Shown piece after piece: positions 40,734 to 54,631 of a stretch of 64,000 nucleotides of DNA. Numbering within the stretch: position 1 is the stretch's first letter; each line of letters opens with the position of its first letter. The notes under the pieces are model-generated. The model ran no database searches, was not told the DNA's origin, and saw only the letters and a list, made by a program, of their open reading frames with translations. The position numbers and the translations under genes are program-made. The stretch is from Lytechinus pictus. Taxonomy: Eukaryota. The stretch spans positions 9,116,001 through 9,180,000 of the forward strand of contig NC_087251.1 of the NCBI RefSeq assembly GCF_037042905.1. The letters run 5' to 3'.

Positions 40734-41104
40734 CTCTCGCCTGCAAAACGCAATTCGATATAGCAGCAGTAATGCTATTGAATAATTATTCACAAAAGAA
40801 AACACATATGATAATAAAATACTTTGTCTATTGACCCGAAATGACCTTTGACCATGATCATGTGACTAAGAAATGTGCAAAACAATCAGTCATACTCGAT
40901 TACCCTTATGTCAGTGTTTCATGAACTAGATCCATAAACTTTTAAAGTTATGATGCCAATTCAACAAATACCCCCAATGCGGCCAAAGGTTGTTGACCTT
41001 ACAACAACCTTTGTGCTTAATCATGTGACCTGAAACACGTACAGGATATTCAGGGATACATGGTTGCTCTTATGTCCAAGATTCATGAACTAGATCCATA
41101 AAAT

Positions 41105-42738
41105 GGACTTGTGATTTGTGTACTTGTGATTTTAGTGATCACTGTGCAATATTTTTAATTTCAAAATTTCAAGAGTGCAACATACACAATTCTCCTTGCT
41201 TAAAACGTGATATAAATTCTGATTCACTTTCACACTTCTGTACATGTATTGGGCAAGCAAGATTGGGGACATATTATGAGTTAATTGATGTTAATGACAG
41301 ATTTAACCAATTTTTTAATAGATACAATGAATTGTATAATGAATGCTTCCCTTTCAAAGAAATTAAATGTAAAGTTAAACAGAATAAACCATGGTTTAAT
41401 AGCAAACTACGCAAAATGTGTGTGAAGAAACATAATCTGTACCGAAAGTAAAACCCATCATTATATGTAAGAAAAATAAGTATAAGGAGTGTCGAAATGC
41501 TTTTAACACTGAAGTGAGAAAGTGCAAAAGGAAATATATAAATAAATTCAATCATTTAAACGGTGACATGAAAAAAACATGGCAAACAATTAACGAAGTT
41601 ATGAATAAGCTAAGCGTAACACCAAGGTGCAATGTACAATGATTAAAGATGATAATGTAACAATAGACGATACACAAGAAATTGCAAACCGGTTTAATAG
41701 CTATTTTAGTACAATAGGATCAAAACTTAATGACATGCCTTCAAGTGACATAGATTTTTCATTTTACATGGAAAATAGAGTAAGTAATTCATTATTCATG
41801 TCTCCAGTGAGTATTTCTGACGTTATTGATGTTGTTAAATCTTTTAAAATCAACAAGAGTCCTGGATCTGATGAAATAAGTATTGAAGTTTTCAAGAAAT
41901 CTATTTATTTTATTATACATCCACTGTGCAATATTTTTAATTACTCACTAGACTCGGGAATATTTCCTGATCACTTGAAGGTAGCAAAAATAGTTCCGGT
42001 CTATAAAAAAGGTGAAAAAGCAATATCAAATTATAGGCCAATATCTCTTTTATCTGTTTTTGCTAAAACATTTGAAAAAGTTGTTTATAACAAATTAATA
42101 AATTACATTGAAAAAAATAATATTTTGTATAAACGACAGTTTGGCTTTAGACAGGGCCATTCAGCAAGTTCTGCATTTTTAGAATTTACTACTAATGGGG
42201 ATATACGTTTACCTTTATTGAAATTGAAGTTCTCAAGAACCACTATTATATTCATGGGTACTTAATGCTGGAACAGCATCCAACTTGAGCTACAATTATG
42301 TCCTACTTTGTCATCATTTAAAAGAAAATACAAATACTATATACTGCAAAATGATAATAGATGTTTGTAGAAACATGCTACAGTGTGTCAATCTCTCCTG
42401 TTTACTATGCAATCTCATTTTCATTTCCTTTACAGTCTTTTCTCCTTCTCACTCTTTCTCTTTCTATCTTGGCTTTGACATCTCTTCATAAAAATATGTT
42501 TAATTTGTTTTTTAATCGTATGGGAATACCCTCGATAAGCCCCCGTGGCTTTTGGTGTTTCCACCATATTTCAATTTGTTATGTATTTTTTATATGTATG
42601 TAAAATAGCCTTCTCTCACTTTCTTTCCATTTTTATAGGTGTTTTTCTGTATGTGATATATATGTATATTCTTCTTTGTGATTTGATGATTGTTTGTTTT
42701 TAAATGAATATGGAAATAAATGAAAATGAATGAAAATG
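41105..42738 (+). mobile_element. Degenerate CR1/L2-group (Crack-like) LINE ORF2 fragment with internal deletion
   Basis: SDH end of the APE domain, KPW, FNSYFSTIG, KSPGSDEI, AKIVPVYKKG..NYRPISLLSVFAKTFEK, QFGFR; jumps to the C-terminus near 42195; tail aataaatgaaaatgaatgaaa. Confidence 0.9.
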
Positions 42739-43950
42739 TGTAAGTTATGATGACAATTCAACAAATACCCCAACATGACCAAAGTTCATTGACCCCAAGT
42801 GACCTTTGACCTTGGTTATGTGACCTGAAACTCAGGTAGGATCTTCAGTGATACACCATTACCCTTATGATTAAGTTTCATGAACTAGGTCCACATACTT
42901 TCTAAGTAATGATGACATTTCATAAAGTTAACCTTGCAGGCGAGACAAAAATGATGTACATGTATATAATTTCTATTATTATTTCATATACATACAATGT
43001 AATAATGTGTTACATAAAAAAAAATACAGTGCAAGTCACTACTTTCCCACAACATGAAAATTCCTTCGTAAGAAAGCATAACAAATCTAGCTTTTGTACA
43101 CATGCATTTCTTGAGACATAACATGAAAATATAAGCATCATGGATTATAAATCATATGATTATTTATTGCTAAACCTAACCTTCCAATGAAGCACACTAG
43201 CTGATATGCTAGGAAGTTTATCTGATTGCATGACTCTTTTATAACACTTTTATAAGTATGTTGGTGGATAAACACACAACAGTCAATTAGAATAATGATT
43301 TTGATATAGCCTCTTTTATTAATTTTTTTTGCCAATAAGAGGGGGAGCAAGGCAGGACTGAAATTTTATGGCTTTCTGAGCACACATAACATCTACACTG
43401 TATATTTGCACAAATCATAGATTGTAGAGCAGCTTGTACATGTAAGCATAGAAACATATAAAGGCAATAGGCATATAATAAAAGTAGATCTAGCATACAT
43501 CATTATTAAAGCTTGGTTAATGTTGCACTGTTGTGATTCAAAGATAATTATCTACATGTAGCTTCAAAGTTATCTTACAGAACTCAAGACTTGTCACTAA
43601 AATATTTTCTATCAGTTTTAGGAATTATTCTCTTGTATTCACTGTTATTCTGAATACATATACAGGTATCATAAAGGACGTCTCCATCAAAATGATATTG
43701 GTGCTCTAGCCCACTGGCCTGCTCAGAAAAAAATTGGCTCATTTTTCCACTATCCCCTTATTTTGCAGAAAAAAAAGTATGCCCAAAACATTTCCAGAAT
43801 AGCCTGATAAAATGCGAATAAGTGCGCCAGTATGCAGTGTCCACAATAAAGGTCGATCCCATAATGCTTTACGGAGCATGCCATACAGATTTACAATGAT
43901 ACCGGTATACAGCGAAGTCATCACACATTCATGCATAGCAAGCACTTAAG

Positions 43951-44362
43951 CAGAGCTGCCAAGTTGTATTTTGCATTTTCAGTATTCTTATCCCCCAAAA
44001 TCAGTATTTTGACAAAAAAAATCAGTATTTTTACCGTGTGAGATAAACATTTTGTATTTTTCCCCAAAAAAGTGTATTTCATATTAAAATGCTTGGCGCA
44101 CTCGCCAATCACGGTGCTCAAGCTGCATGCAAGCTAAAATGTACACTGCTCTTGCAGATGAAAAAAAAAAACATTGAAACTTGTGTATATCTCACCCTGG
44201 TTTTTACAAAATGATTGAAAAAAAAAACAAGTTACCTGAAATTACATTGATCTAATAACCATTTTTTACAAAAAATGTATTTTTAAAAGAAAAAACGTAC
44301 TGCTGTATTTTTGTTGCAAAAACGTACTAAATACGGAAAAATCGTACTACTTGGCAGCTCTG
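43951..44362. mobile_element. MITE with 6-bp TSD
   Basis: Perfect TIR CAGAGCTGCCAAGT; TSD cttaag (43945-50 and 44363-68). Confidence 0.85.
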
Positions 44363-45593
44363 CTTAAGGCAAGAGCTTGAAGGTTCAAGCTCTGGTCTGA
44401 CTTTGTTCTGATGAAGACACAATCATGTAAACGGAAGCTCGCTTCAGCTCATTCACCCCAAAGTGGGCTACAGCAAACACTTTGTTATGGTAAAGATTCA
44501 CCTAATATGATATCTATTTCACATTTTGTTTATAACCCTGTGGGAAAAGGTGCGTAACAGAAAAACACAAACTCCTGATAATACATGTAGGATACAAGAG
44601 ATAGAAAAGTTGTTATTAGGACTTGTTATAATTCCATATTTGGGTTGAAAATAATCACCGGTATTAGAGAACAGTTATACACATATCGTTATGAATATTC
44701 ATTAGGTGGGCTGATGATGTCACATCCCCACTTTCCTTTTTCTATGTTATTACATGAAATTATAATAATTTCATATTTTCATACATGTGTGTATGATAAG
44801 TCCCTTAGGAAAAGGGAAGGTTTAGGACTGTTATTGTGTAATTGTGTCTAATCATTATTTTGTTTACCATTCGCTTTTGTGTAGTATTTATTTTTGTTTT
44901 CAATTAATTATATTTTAAATACTTGTTATCATTAATGTATCATTATTTATATGTGTCATATTATTTCTCATGTTACTTTGACTGGACCTCTAGGGAGAAC
45001 AGAGCCATTATATCAATGGCTCTGAATAGAGTGATCCATCTGTATAGTTTTATGTGCATGTTTATATATCTATATTTAATCTCATATCTTGTGATTTTTA
45101 TACGGTAAATAAAAACCAAACTAAACCAAACCAAAAATGAAATTTGGTGTACAAAGTCAAAAGATTATATAATGTATATTCATGAGCCACTTATATTAGT
45201 CTGGTGACAGTACAAAACTTAGAACCAATTAAATTTTAGAAAAAAATATGATGTCATGACTTTGTCTGCACAACTTTGTAACATAACACATCTTCAATTT
45301 GACAGATAAAATGCTGCTTCATGCATTCCCTAATTAAATACAAATCTTAAGCAAGATAAATACACATTAAATTATATTATGTAAGATTTTTTTTAGATCA
45401 CTCAGCCTCTCAATGCTCAAAACTGAGCAACTACAGAGTATTCCAATTTCAGCAATTCTACAAGTAATAACCTTCTCAGTTAAGGTATGGTATTGAGCTG
45501 CCTTGAAGATTAATGTCTCACAATGTCTTTATATATCAAAGATAAATGGTTCTATCAAGGTACACTGGACAACTTGGTGGACAGATCCTTCAA

Positions 45594-45731
<138 letters not shown>

Positions 45732-46027
45732 CTATACGTATGAATGAAAAGTTATAGGAGAAAGAGAGAAGGGGGGGGGGGGTGGGAGTGACGGGAGAAA
45801 AGGGAAAGAAAGTTAAAGGAGAGAGAGAAGAAAGATAGAGAGGAAGGGATAGAACAGAAGAGAGGAAGAGAGAGGGAAATTAAGTCAGGAAGAAAATTAA
45901 TAAAATGAGTGAAAGGATAAAAATAGAAACAGGGAAATCAATTAATCAGGATAATCTTTAACATAAAGGGTTGTATAACTAAACACAAAGAGCTTGGGGT
46001 AATGGTCTGATTTTATAGTGCAATTGT

Positions 46028-46190
46028 GCTGCACTCAACCAAGGTGAGGTAAATGGGTACTTGGCAGGATTAATTCCTTGAATGCACTGAGCACTGAAAG
46101 GCAGCAATAATAATAATAAAAATGACAATAAAAATGCGCCTCGGAATAGATTATTTCTAGATAGATGGCACTATAAATGCCTATTATTAT
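46028..46190 (+). mobile_element. SINE 3' fragment (conserved core plus tail)
   Basis: cactcaacc.aggtgaggtaaatgggtac core similar to 8761-9060; ends ctataaatgcctattattat. Confidence 0.6.
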
Positions 46191-46622
46191 AGTGGGATTA
46201 AGGTTTATTCAAATATTTTCAGTGTTAAAGTATTAAAGGACACCACATTTTGCAACTTGTCTGCCTTTAAAAAAATAACTATAATGCTCTGTTCTCTAGA
46301 GAGAACTACTGTCTAAATAAAGGAGACAAGTAGGAATACATTAATTCATAAATATCAGAACAGAATATACAAGATGTTAAATAAAAAGGGTTGCAATCAA
46401 TCAATCAATCAATCAAGCAATCAATTTTATATTTAAAATTTATTCATGAATTATATCATTTTGAGGGTGATATTTGCAACCAAATGCAAATAAGTTCCTG
46501 ATAAGACAGAAGAGCTGTCAACAGTTGATGGTCAGCATTCTCTATGTTGACCTCTTTACTAAATTCCAGAAAACATATATTCTAAGTGAATATTTTTTTT
46601 GCTATGAATAACAAAGCCTTAC

Positions 46623-46736
46623 CTTTACTATTGAACCAATAAAAGGAATATATCTAGTCACAGGAAGTACAGTGGCAGCAATAATGAGAGGCAGTAATGA
46701 ATAGCCTATTACACCTAAGCACTGTGAGTAATTCAC
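46623..46736 (-). CDS. YIPF4: YIPF4 exon (VNYSQCLGVIGYSLLPL...GSIVK)
   Basis: cctcttcag|GTG ... AAG|gtaagg; 114 nt; Yip1-domain LGVIGYSLLP motif. Confidence 0.95.
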
Positions 46737-46914
46737 CTGAAGAGGAAAACAGAATAAAGCAAGAATTACATTATGCAAAAAAAAATACAATCAAAATCCA
46801 CCGTGCGAGTAAAATAGGAGGTATTTTTACTGGAGTTTGATTTGCGCCAAAGTAAGGCATGGCTGTAATGTATGATTCCAGATGCCAATGATGTCATAAT
46901 CCTACTTCGGGTGA

Positions 46915-47365
46915 ATTTCGTAATTCTGAAGGTTCGTTATTCCCAAGGTTCAATTATTCTGAATGTTTAATCATTCCGAAGGTTCCTTATTCTAACGGTT
47001 CGTAATTCCGAAGGTTTATCATTCCGAAGGTTCGTTAATCCGAAAACAAAATAAGGCTTGTTATTCCGAAGGTTCTTAGTCCAAAAACACAATACGATTT
47101 GTAATTCCGAAGGTTCATTAGTCCGAAAACGAAATAAGGTTCGTAAATCCAAAGGTTCGCCAGTCCGAAAATGAAATAAGGTTTGTTCTTCCGAAGGTTC
47201 GTTAGTCCAAAAACGCAATAAGATTCGTAATTCCGAAGGTTCGTTCGTCCGAAAACGAAACAAGGTTCGTTAATCAGAAGGTTCGCCAGTCCCTAAACGA
47301 AATAAGGTTCGGTAATCCGTAGGTTTGTTAGTCTGAAAATGAAATAAGGTTTGTTTTTCCGAAAA
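46915..47365. repeat. Tandem array of ~42-bp units (ttccgaaggttcgttagtccgaaaacgaaataaggttcgtaa)
   Basis: About 10 degenerate units read directly. Confidence 0.85.
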
Positions 47366-47408
47366 AGAAATTAATTCATGTTTGTAACAAAAACGGTGTT
47401 GTAATTAA

Positions 47409-47520
47409 AACAAGTGGAGCGCCTCTGGCAGTCTCACCTGCATTACGCGATTCAAAATAGTAGCAGTGCTGACTTTGAAAACTGATATGAAATAATTATT
47501 CACAAAAAACACCATTCTCA
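47409..47520. mobile_element. HINE-like terminal fragment
   Basis: aacaagtggagcgcctctggcagtctcacctgcat... Confidence 0.75.
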
Positions 47521-47625
47521 TATTTAATGATTATCTTAATAACAATAACTTAACATTGCATTTGCCTTGTTACTGAATAGCAAACAAAAAACTGAAAATG
47601 AATGTTTTGGAGGTCCTACCTACTG

Positions 47626-48024
47626 TAGCCTCTTGTCGAAGCCCTAGCGGCTGCTTCCCGAGCAAAGCGAGGGATATAGCAAAGCAGAGCACAGCGAGCC
47701 AGGGCCTCTTGACATCTGAGCCGAAATTTCACTGACTTTCTTTTGTTTTTTATTGTTTTTACCAATATTCCGACCAAAAACTGGTTGGTGAAAATCATCC
47801 AATGAGAGCGCGGGCTGCTATGACGTCATATTGAATATTCATCAGCTCATCTTAAATGGCGACCCATGGATTCTTGGCGAAGAGTGACAACGAAATATCA
47901 AAGAGCATTGAATATGCCTCTAAAATGCTGAATATTGACCGATTTAAGGATTTGCAAGTCTATGAAATTAAATCTGCACTGAAAGGATGCAATGTTTTTG
48001 TAAATCTACCCACAGGATATGGAA
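47626..48024 (+). mobile_element. 5' end of an AcademH-like transposon with a RecQ-family helicase N-terminal stub
   Basis: TAG terminus; CCAAT and TGACGTCA upstream of ATG 47856; ORF ...FKDLQ...GCNVFVNLPTGYG(K) corresponds to the Q motif and Walker A of RecQ helicases; cut by a HINE at 48023. Confidence 0.6.
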
Positions 48025-48388
48025 ACAAGTGGAACGCCTCTGACAGTCTCGCCTGCATTACGCAATGCGATATAGCAGCAGTGCTTCCTTTGAAAATAGC
48101 TTATGAATATTATTCACAGAAGAAAACACTAATATGATAAAAAAATATTATGCCCATTGACCCAAAATGACCTTTGACCATGATCATGTGACCTAAGACA
48201 TGTGCAAAACAATCATTCATACTTGATTCTCCTTATGTCGATGTTTCATGAGCTAGATCCATAAACTTCCTTAGTTATGATGCCAATTCAACACATACTC
48301 CCAACACGGCCAGAATTCATTGACCTTTAAATGACCTTTGATCTTGGCCATGTTTCTGAAATGCATACAGGGTATTCAGGAATACACT
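48023..48388. mobile_element. HINE-like element, truncated at the Penelope junction
   Basis: Matches the 55923 and 57449 consensus. Confidence 0.8.
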
Positions 48389-50690
48389 GCTGGGTTTTCA
48401 GTGCTGTTGGTGCTGGGTTGGTGGTGGGAAGGTTAAGTGTTGATCCTTCTTCTGGGGTATTGGTTGATGGTGGAGAGTGCATGGGTGACGTGCTTGAGTT
48501 CCTGCTGTAGGTGTGCCTTGTCGCTGAGTTGGTGGGCTCGTCTGATGAGAGAGTCGGCGACTGATTGGTGGAAGGATGGGTGGTGGTGTGAGCGGAGTTG
48601 AGGTAGCGGTCGGTGTGGGTGGGTTTCCGGTAAACCTGGTGAGATGGGAATCCAGATGGTGTCTTGGTGATGAGAACGTCTAGAAAAGGAATTGAGTTGT
48701 CGCATTGGGTCTCCATGGTTAAATTGATGCTGGGGTGCTGGTGGTTGAGGTGGTTAAGAAACTGGTGAAGGTCAGGTGTGCTGTGCGGCCAGATGACAAA
48801 GGTGTCGTCGACGTAGCGGAGCCAGAGTGAAGGAGGTTTGTCCGCAGTCTTGAGTGCTTGGTGCTCTAAATGTTCCATGAAGATATTAGCGATGATTGGT
48901 GAGAGAGGTGATCCCATGGCTGCTCCTTGTAGTTTTTTGTAGAAGTTGTTGCGCCATTTGAAGGAGTTGGAGTGAAGACAGGTGAGGAGGTCGTGGATCT
49001 GGTCTGGTGTGAGATTGGTTCTGGATGTGGGGTCTGGGTCGGTGATGAATCGTTGCTTGATGATGTCACATGCTTGGTCTACAGGTATGCTGGTGAAGAG
49101 GGAGACGACGTCAAAGTTGACGAGTGTGTCAGAGGGCTGGATCTTGGTCTTGGAGATGACATCAATGAAGTGCTTGGAGTTGGTGACGTGGTGCTGGGTT
49201 TGGCCTACGAGTGGTTGGAGGATGTTGGCCAGATGGCGTGCTGTGTTGTAGCAGGGTGACCCGCGGGTAGAGATGATAGGGCGGGGAGGAGTGTAAGGCT
49301 TGTGTATCTTGGGTTGTCCGAATAGGATAGGTGACTTGGCTGAAGAAGATCAGAGTTGGAAGTAGAGTGCCTTGGGTAGTGCATCGGATCGGTGTAGGGT
49401 CAGCAGTTGTTGGTTGATTTTCCTTTCGTTGGCCGGAGTTGGGTCTCTGAGTTTGGAGTAGTTGTCCTTGTCTTGAAGAATGTCTTCGATCTTGTCCTCG
49501 TATACGTCTTGGTCCATGATAACGGTGGCGTTGCCCTTGTCAGCCTGAAGGATGTGGATGGCTTGGTTACTTCGGAGGTCCTGGATGGCAGTGTGTTCTT
49601 CCTTGGAGAGGTTCTGTTTAGGTGGCTTGGCGTCGGAGAGGGCATTGGTCACTTTGAGTCTTATTTTGTTGGCGGCTGCTTTGGAGAGAAAGCGGAGCTT
49701 GGGTTCGACTTGTTGTACTATGTCGGAGAAAGGGATCTTCTTAGGAGCTAGGGCGAAGTTGAGTCCGAGGGAGAGTACTTTGTGTTCAGCTTGAGTAAGT
49801 TGGTGTCGGCTGAGGTTGATTACAGTGAGTGTCCTTGGTTACTCCGGTAGAAGGTTGTTGGTTGGCTTGTGTAGGCTTGCGGGAGTGGAGTCGGTCGAAC
49901 TTGTTGATTTGCTTCAGTTTAGTGGACTGGAAGGCTTGGTCAGCTGTGTAGTTATTGCATGTCTGAATTTTGTCTAGATCGTCTGCCTTGAGTCGTCTGC
50001 TAAGTTGAGATTGAGTAGAAGTGATGGCTGAGTTAAGATCGTGGAGTTGGTGTCGGGTGTGTGCGATGCGTTCACGAGTAAGGTCTAAGCTGGCTTGGTG
50101 CAGGATACGTTTGGCTTTTGGAGTGTCAACGGAAGATTTGAGTTGTAGTCCTGGAGGGATGATGTCGGAGTCGCGGCAGCGTTTGAGGAAGGCAAGGTGG
50201 TTGGTAAGCTTGGCTGATTTGACTAGGTCGCGCTAAAGTTGCCTGGCGATGCGTTGAGTAGGCTCCCCGTAGAGCTGAGTCAGATATTGTTTGAAGGTTT
50301 GCATGGTGGCATGTACAATCGCTGATGTGGTTTACGGTACACCATGTGCACGCACTCCACAAGTACCGCCGCACGCCGAGTGAACACTCACTCCTGAAGA
50401 CGGACAGTCAACCTGCCCAAAACGTTGAGTCTCTCTACTGCTTCTACTCATCATCTCTACTCGCCGACTCAAGCCAGCAACTCCTCATCCAGACTACTGC
50501 TCAAGCTGTTTCTTCAACTCATTAATCTCTTCTGGTTTACAGTCCTTTTCAGGACTACTTTCAAGAAAAGAATACTCTACTCTCAAATTTCCACTTTCTC
50601 GCCTATCCAATTCCTTTTCTTCTTCTTTCCACTGTTTCTATAACACTCCACATGGTGTACCGTAAACCACATCAGCAATCGATATGTCAT
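48389..50690 (-). mobile_element. Penelope-like retroelement (degenerate RT ORF, no GIY-YIG visible) with inverted upstream segment
   Basis: gccaccATG at 50304; HLAFLKRCRDSDIIPPGL, ADKGNATVIMD, MGSPLSPIIANIFME, WLRYVDDTF, PFLDV, VYRKPTHTDRYL; stops and frameshifts. Confidence 0.92.
50390..50430 (+). ncRNA. Degenerate minimal type I hammerhead ribozyme of the Penelope pLTR
   Basis: ACTC-CTGAAGA-C-GGACAG-tcaac-CTGCCC-aAAAC-GTT-GAGT: stem I ACTC/GAGT, stem II with one mismatch, GAAA changed to AAAA. Confidence 0.65.
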
Positions 50691-50692
50691 GT

Positions 50693-50923
50693 TGGATGTT
50701 TCACAAAGAGTTAAGTGTGACTTAGAGTCACTTAAGTGCTCAAAAATACTGATGTGCATGTGATATGTACGTGTAATATTATTGATTGATTGATAGAGTA
50801 GTGTAATTAATCTTAGTATGATTTGAGCAATGCGGTGATGCCTGCAATACCACACGCAACTGGGAATTTAAGTGTGACTCTAAGTCGCACCCAAGTCACA
50901 CTTAAATCTTTGTGAAACACCCC
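50693..50923. mobile_element. Short MITE
   Basis: TIR gg.tgtttcacaaaga.ttaagtgtgactt / aagtcacacttaaatctttgtgaaacacc. Confidence 0.8.
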
Positions 50924-51132
50924 CTAGAGTTAACCACACAAATTTTGACTGAAGATATTTAACATTAATTTGGAGTTTTTGGACAAAAGAATTTCAAGTT
51001 ATTATTTTAATACTTTGATTGGTTAACAATTTTCTAATAAATATATATATCTAAGCAAAAATAAAATGTATCCAGTGTGTCTGCAATTATTTCTTATTGA
51101 TATCCTGTGACTGTTTATGCAATGTGTTGCTA

Positions 51133-51300
<168 letters not shown>

Positions 51301-51798
51301 TTAACGTAGACACCCAAAACATATTTATGATACGTGATAATTGTAGACAAGTTATATATGGATGGAAAGGTCTTGTCTTGTTATTCTCAAATAAGTCACT
51401 AAAAAGTTTTATAGATGTCATGTCATGTCATTGCAAGAAATGCAATTATAAGAGACCCTTCTCACCCCCCCTTAAGACATTGCGTGATCGGACACAGTCT
51501 CAATTATGACGTCACACAATTGGCAACCCACGTATGCATGCATGCACTTCCCTTGGTGTTTGTTTTTCCTTTAGCTTTTACCGTTTTTTTCCCCATGTAG
51601 ATATTTGATTCCTGGTTTTGACTTCCTCATACACTGTAGTGAACAGTAGCTATGTTATTTTACTCATTTTTATTAAATTATAGACTGTAAATCCCGAGTT
51701 TGGACTTGACAATGCAGAGAGTTTGTTGAAAATCTAAGTACCTGTGATGTGTATATGCTGGCCGTATGGCAGTGCACTTTGAATGAGCTGAGCTATAC

Positions 51799-51829
<31 letters not shown>

Positions 51830-51932
51830 GGTAAGCTAGCTACCTCCCAAGAGTTCAAACAGGGGTCAGGGGTCCTTTCACTCTCTCCCTCTCATATACA
51901 TGTCTCTTTTTTGTGGAGATTTAAACGAATAG

Positions 51933-52542
51933 TTAAAGGACAAGTCCACCCCAACAAAAGGTTGATTTGAAAAAAAAAGGAGAAAAATCCAACAAGCAAA
52001 ACACTGAAAATTTCATCAAAATCGGATGTAAAATAAGAAAATTATGACATTTTAAAGTTACACTTAATTTCACAAAACAGTTATATGCACATCCTGGTCG
52101 GTATGCAAATTGGCAGACTGATGACCTCACCCACTCACTATTTCTTTTGTATTTTTTTATATGAAATATGAAAAATTCTAATTTTCTCCTCCTTGTCAAC
52201 TTAGTTTCATTTCTCCCTGAACATGTGGAATTACCATTGTTTTAACAGTTTATGGTTAAGTTAAGTTGGTCCTTCTTGTCAAATCTGTAAAAATTGAAAT
52301 ATTGTATTATTCAAAAAAAAAAAAAAAAAAAAAAATAGTGAGTGATGGACATCATCGACTCTCGCATTTGCATATCACTGAGTTGTGCATTTAACTGTTT
52401 TGTGAAAAATAAGCGAAACTTAAAAATGTCATAACTTCTCTTATTTTACATCCGATTTCGATGAAATTTGCAGCGTTATGTTTGTTTGATTTTTCTCTAT
52501 CGATTCAAATCAACAATTTTCTGGGGTGGACTTGACCTTTAA
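51933..52542. mobile_element. Kolobok/T2-type MITE, family A
   Basis: TTAA-AGGACAAGTCCACCCC ... GGGGTGGACTTGACCT-TTAA. Confidence 0.85.
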
Positions 52543-53497
52543 GCTCAGAAGACTGCAAAATGATATAGAATTGGTCAGTAAATCTCAGTTGGTGCGAGAG
52601 ATTGCAGACCACTTCTCTATCAAGTCACATCAAACACAGGACCTCAATTGTCAATGCACTGTACTGGAGTTGAATTACATGAGCTATACGTGGGGGCTGG
52701 GGAATGGATGGAAGAGAGATCAGAGGGAGGGAGAGAGCAAAAGAGACAGGTATAAGAGTGGGAGAGACACAGCTTGAAATAAGTATGCGAATTTGAGCTG
52801 CTGTCGGCTGTGTATAGTGTGAAGTCACTCATATGGTAGCTCGACGGAGGACCGATGAAGGCAGAAATATGGACTGAATAATTTTTTAGGGCTGATATCT
52901 GGAAGCCTCATGCACTATTTGGACAAGGAAAGGTATTTATGTAATTAGTAATACTTCCCCTTTACAGTGATGAATAAAATAATCATTATAAAACATGTTT
53001 GAGTCTTCGGGTGTCTACTTTAAAAACAAACTAATAAAAATACCAATATTACATTAAAAAACAATAATAATATAACATGCAATGTGTACCCTCAAGTACA
53101 AGTAGGGAAACCCAACCTTAGAATTAGGGAAGCAATAAATAATTTATTATGGTTGTCTTTCAACCAGTAATAACAAGATGATGTCTGGGAGACAGATCCC
53201 TTCTATTCAGATACTACATGTAAATGTGAATTGAATGAAAATCTAAGCTATCATGTTGTACAGTGGCAAATTATGTATACATAGTTATTAGTATTCAGAT
53301 ACAGATATAAGATGATGTATCATTTTCAAAAATCCACATTGATTTTAGGGACATAAACTCTCAAAAATAATTGCTAACTGCACTTTTCATTTCACCAAAC
53401 CATGGTAAATGTAAATACTACAGCTACACATACAATGTTGCACATTGACATAATTTTCAGTATTAAATGTGATAAATTGTATAAAAAAGATAAGTTA

Positions 53498-53827
<330 letters not shown>

Positions 53828-54631
53828 TCATTAGTGAAATTCTATATTCTGAATGTTCAACAAGTATCAACCCTAATAAAATGCAAATTTCAGTGACTTA
53901 TCAGCAATGATTTCAAGGTCAGGAAATTTGCAACAAACGATTTTGTTAATTTCCTTTAGGATTTCTACATATAACATGGACTGTGTTCATTCTTGTCTAT
54001 AGCATTTATACAATGGTATCACCAGTAGTTTTTCATGCATGTATCACATTGCCTTCATTGTGATATTTTATTTTATTTCTGCATTCACATGATATATATA
54101 ATATGACATATACAGAGGCAATAAATATAACAAATCAACAATACTGTGGTCATAAAACAAGCAATGAAAACAAATAACAAAACATATTATTCATTCATAC
54201 AAAAAATATAATTTAGAGGAATGCAGGAGACCGCCATCATGAGCGATTATCATTAGGCTTGAAAATGATGACAGCTTCATAAAAAGAAATAAATGTATTA
54301 ATTGAAATTCAATATAATAATTTATTTTTTCCAATTTCTTAATCTAATTTAATACAATATTCCAAACATGAACATACAAATGCATGATAATCAGCTACAC
54401 ATGAATAGTCCCTTCTAAAGAGATCATACTTTAAATTGCAAAACAACACCTTTAATGAGCCTTTTTGCCAAATGTTATTCTCCCCATACCCACTTGCAGG
54501 GTCATTTTCAACTGTCAAAATGATACATTTATCTTCTGCAAACGTTAAATCAAATATTAATAACATATTATTCTGTTACTTTTCAAGTGATTATTTAGAA
54601 ATGATTTGTAATACATAATAAATAATCTTAC

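Larger units (their letters stand above)
40173..42950. mobile_element. HINE-like element carrying a nested MITE and a nested LINE
   Basis: acaagtggaatgcctctgg start, resumes at 40734 and 42740, ends gcaggcgagacaaaa. Confidence 0.75.

Noticed and set aside
44408..44445. Second hammerhead-like CTGATGA motif
   Set aside because: No convincing stem II or correctly placed GAAA
46915..47365. CRISPR-like regular repeats
   Set aside because: Units are degenerate head-to-tail tandem repeats without unique spacers; eukaryotic intron and no cas genes
48972..50236. Several + strand ORFs of 70-114 aa
   Set aside because: Antisense shadows of the Penelope ORF caused by strand compositional bias
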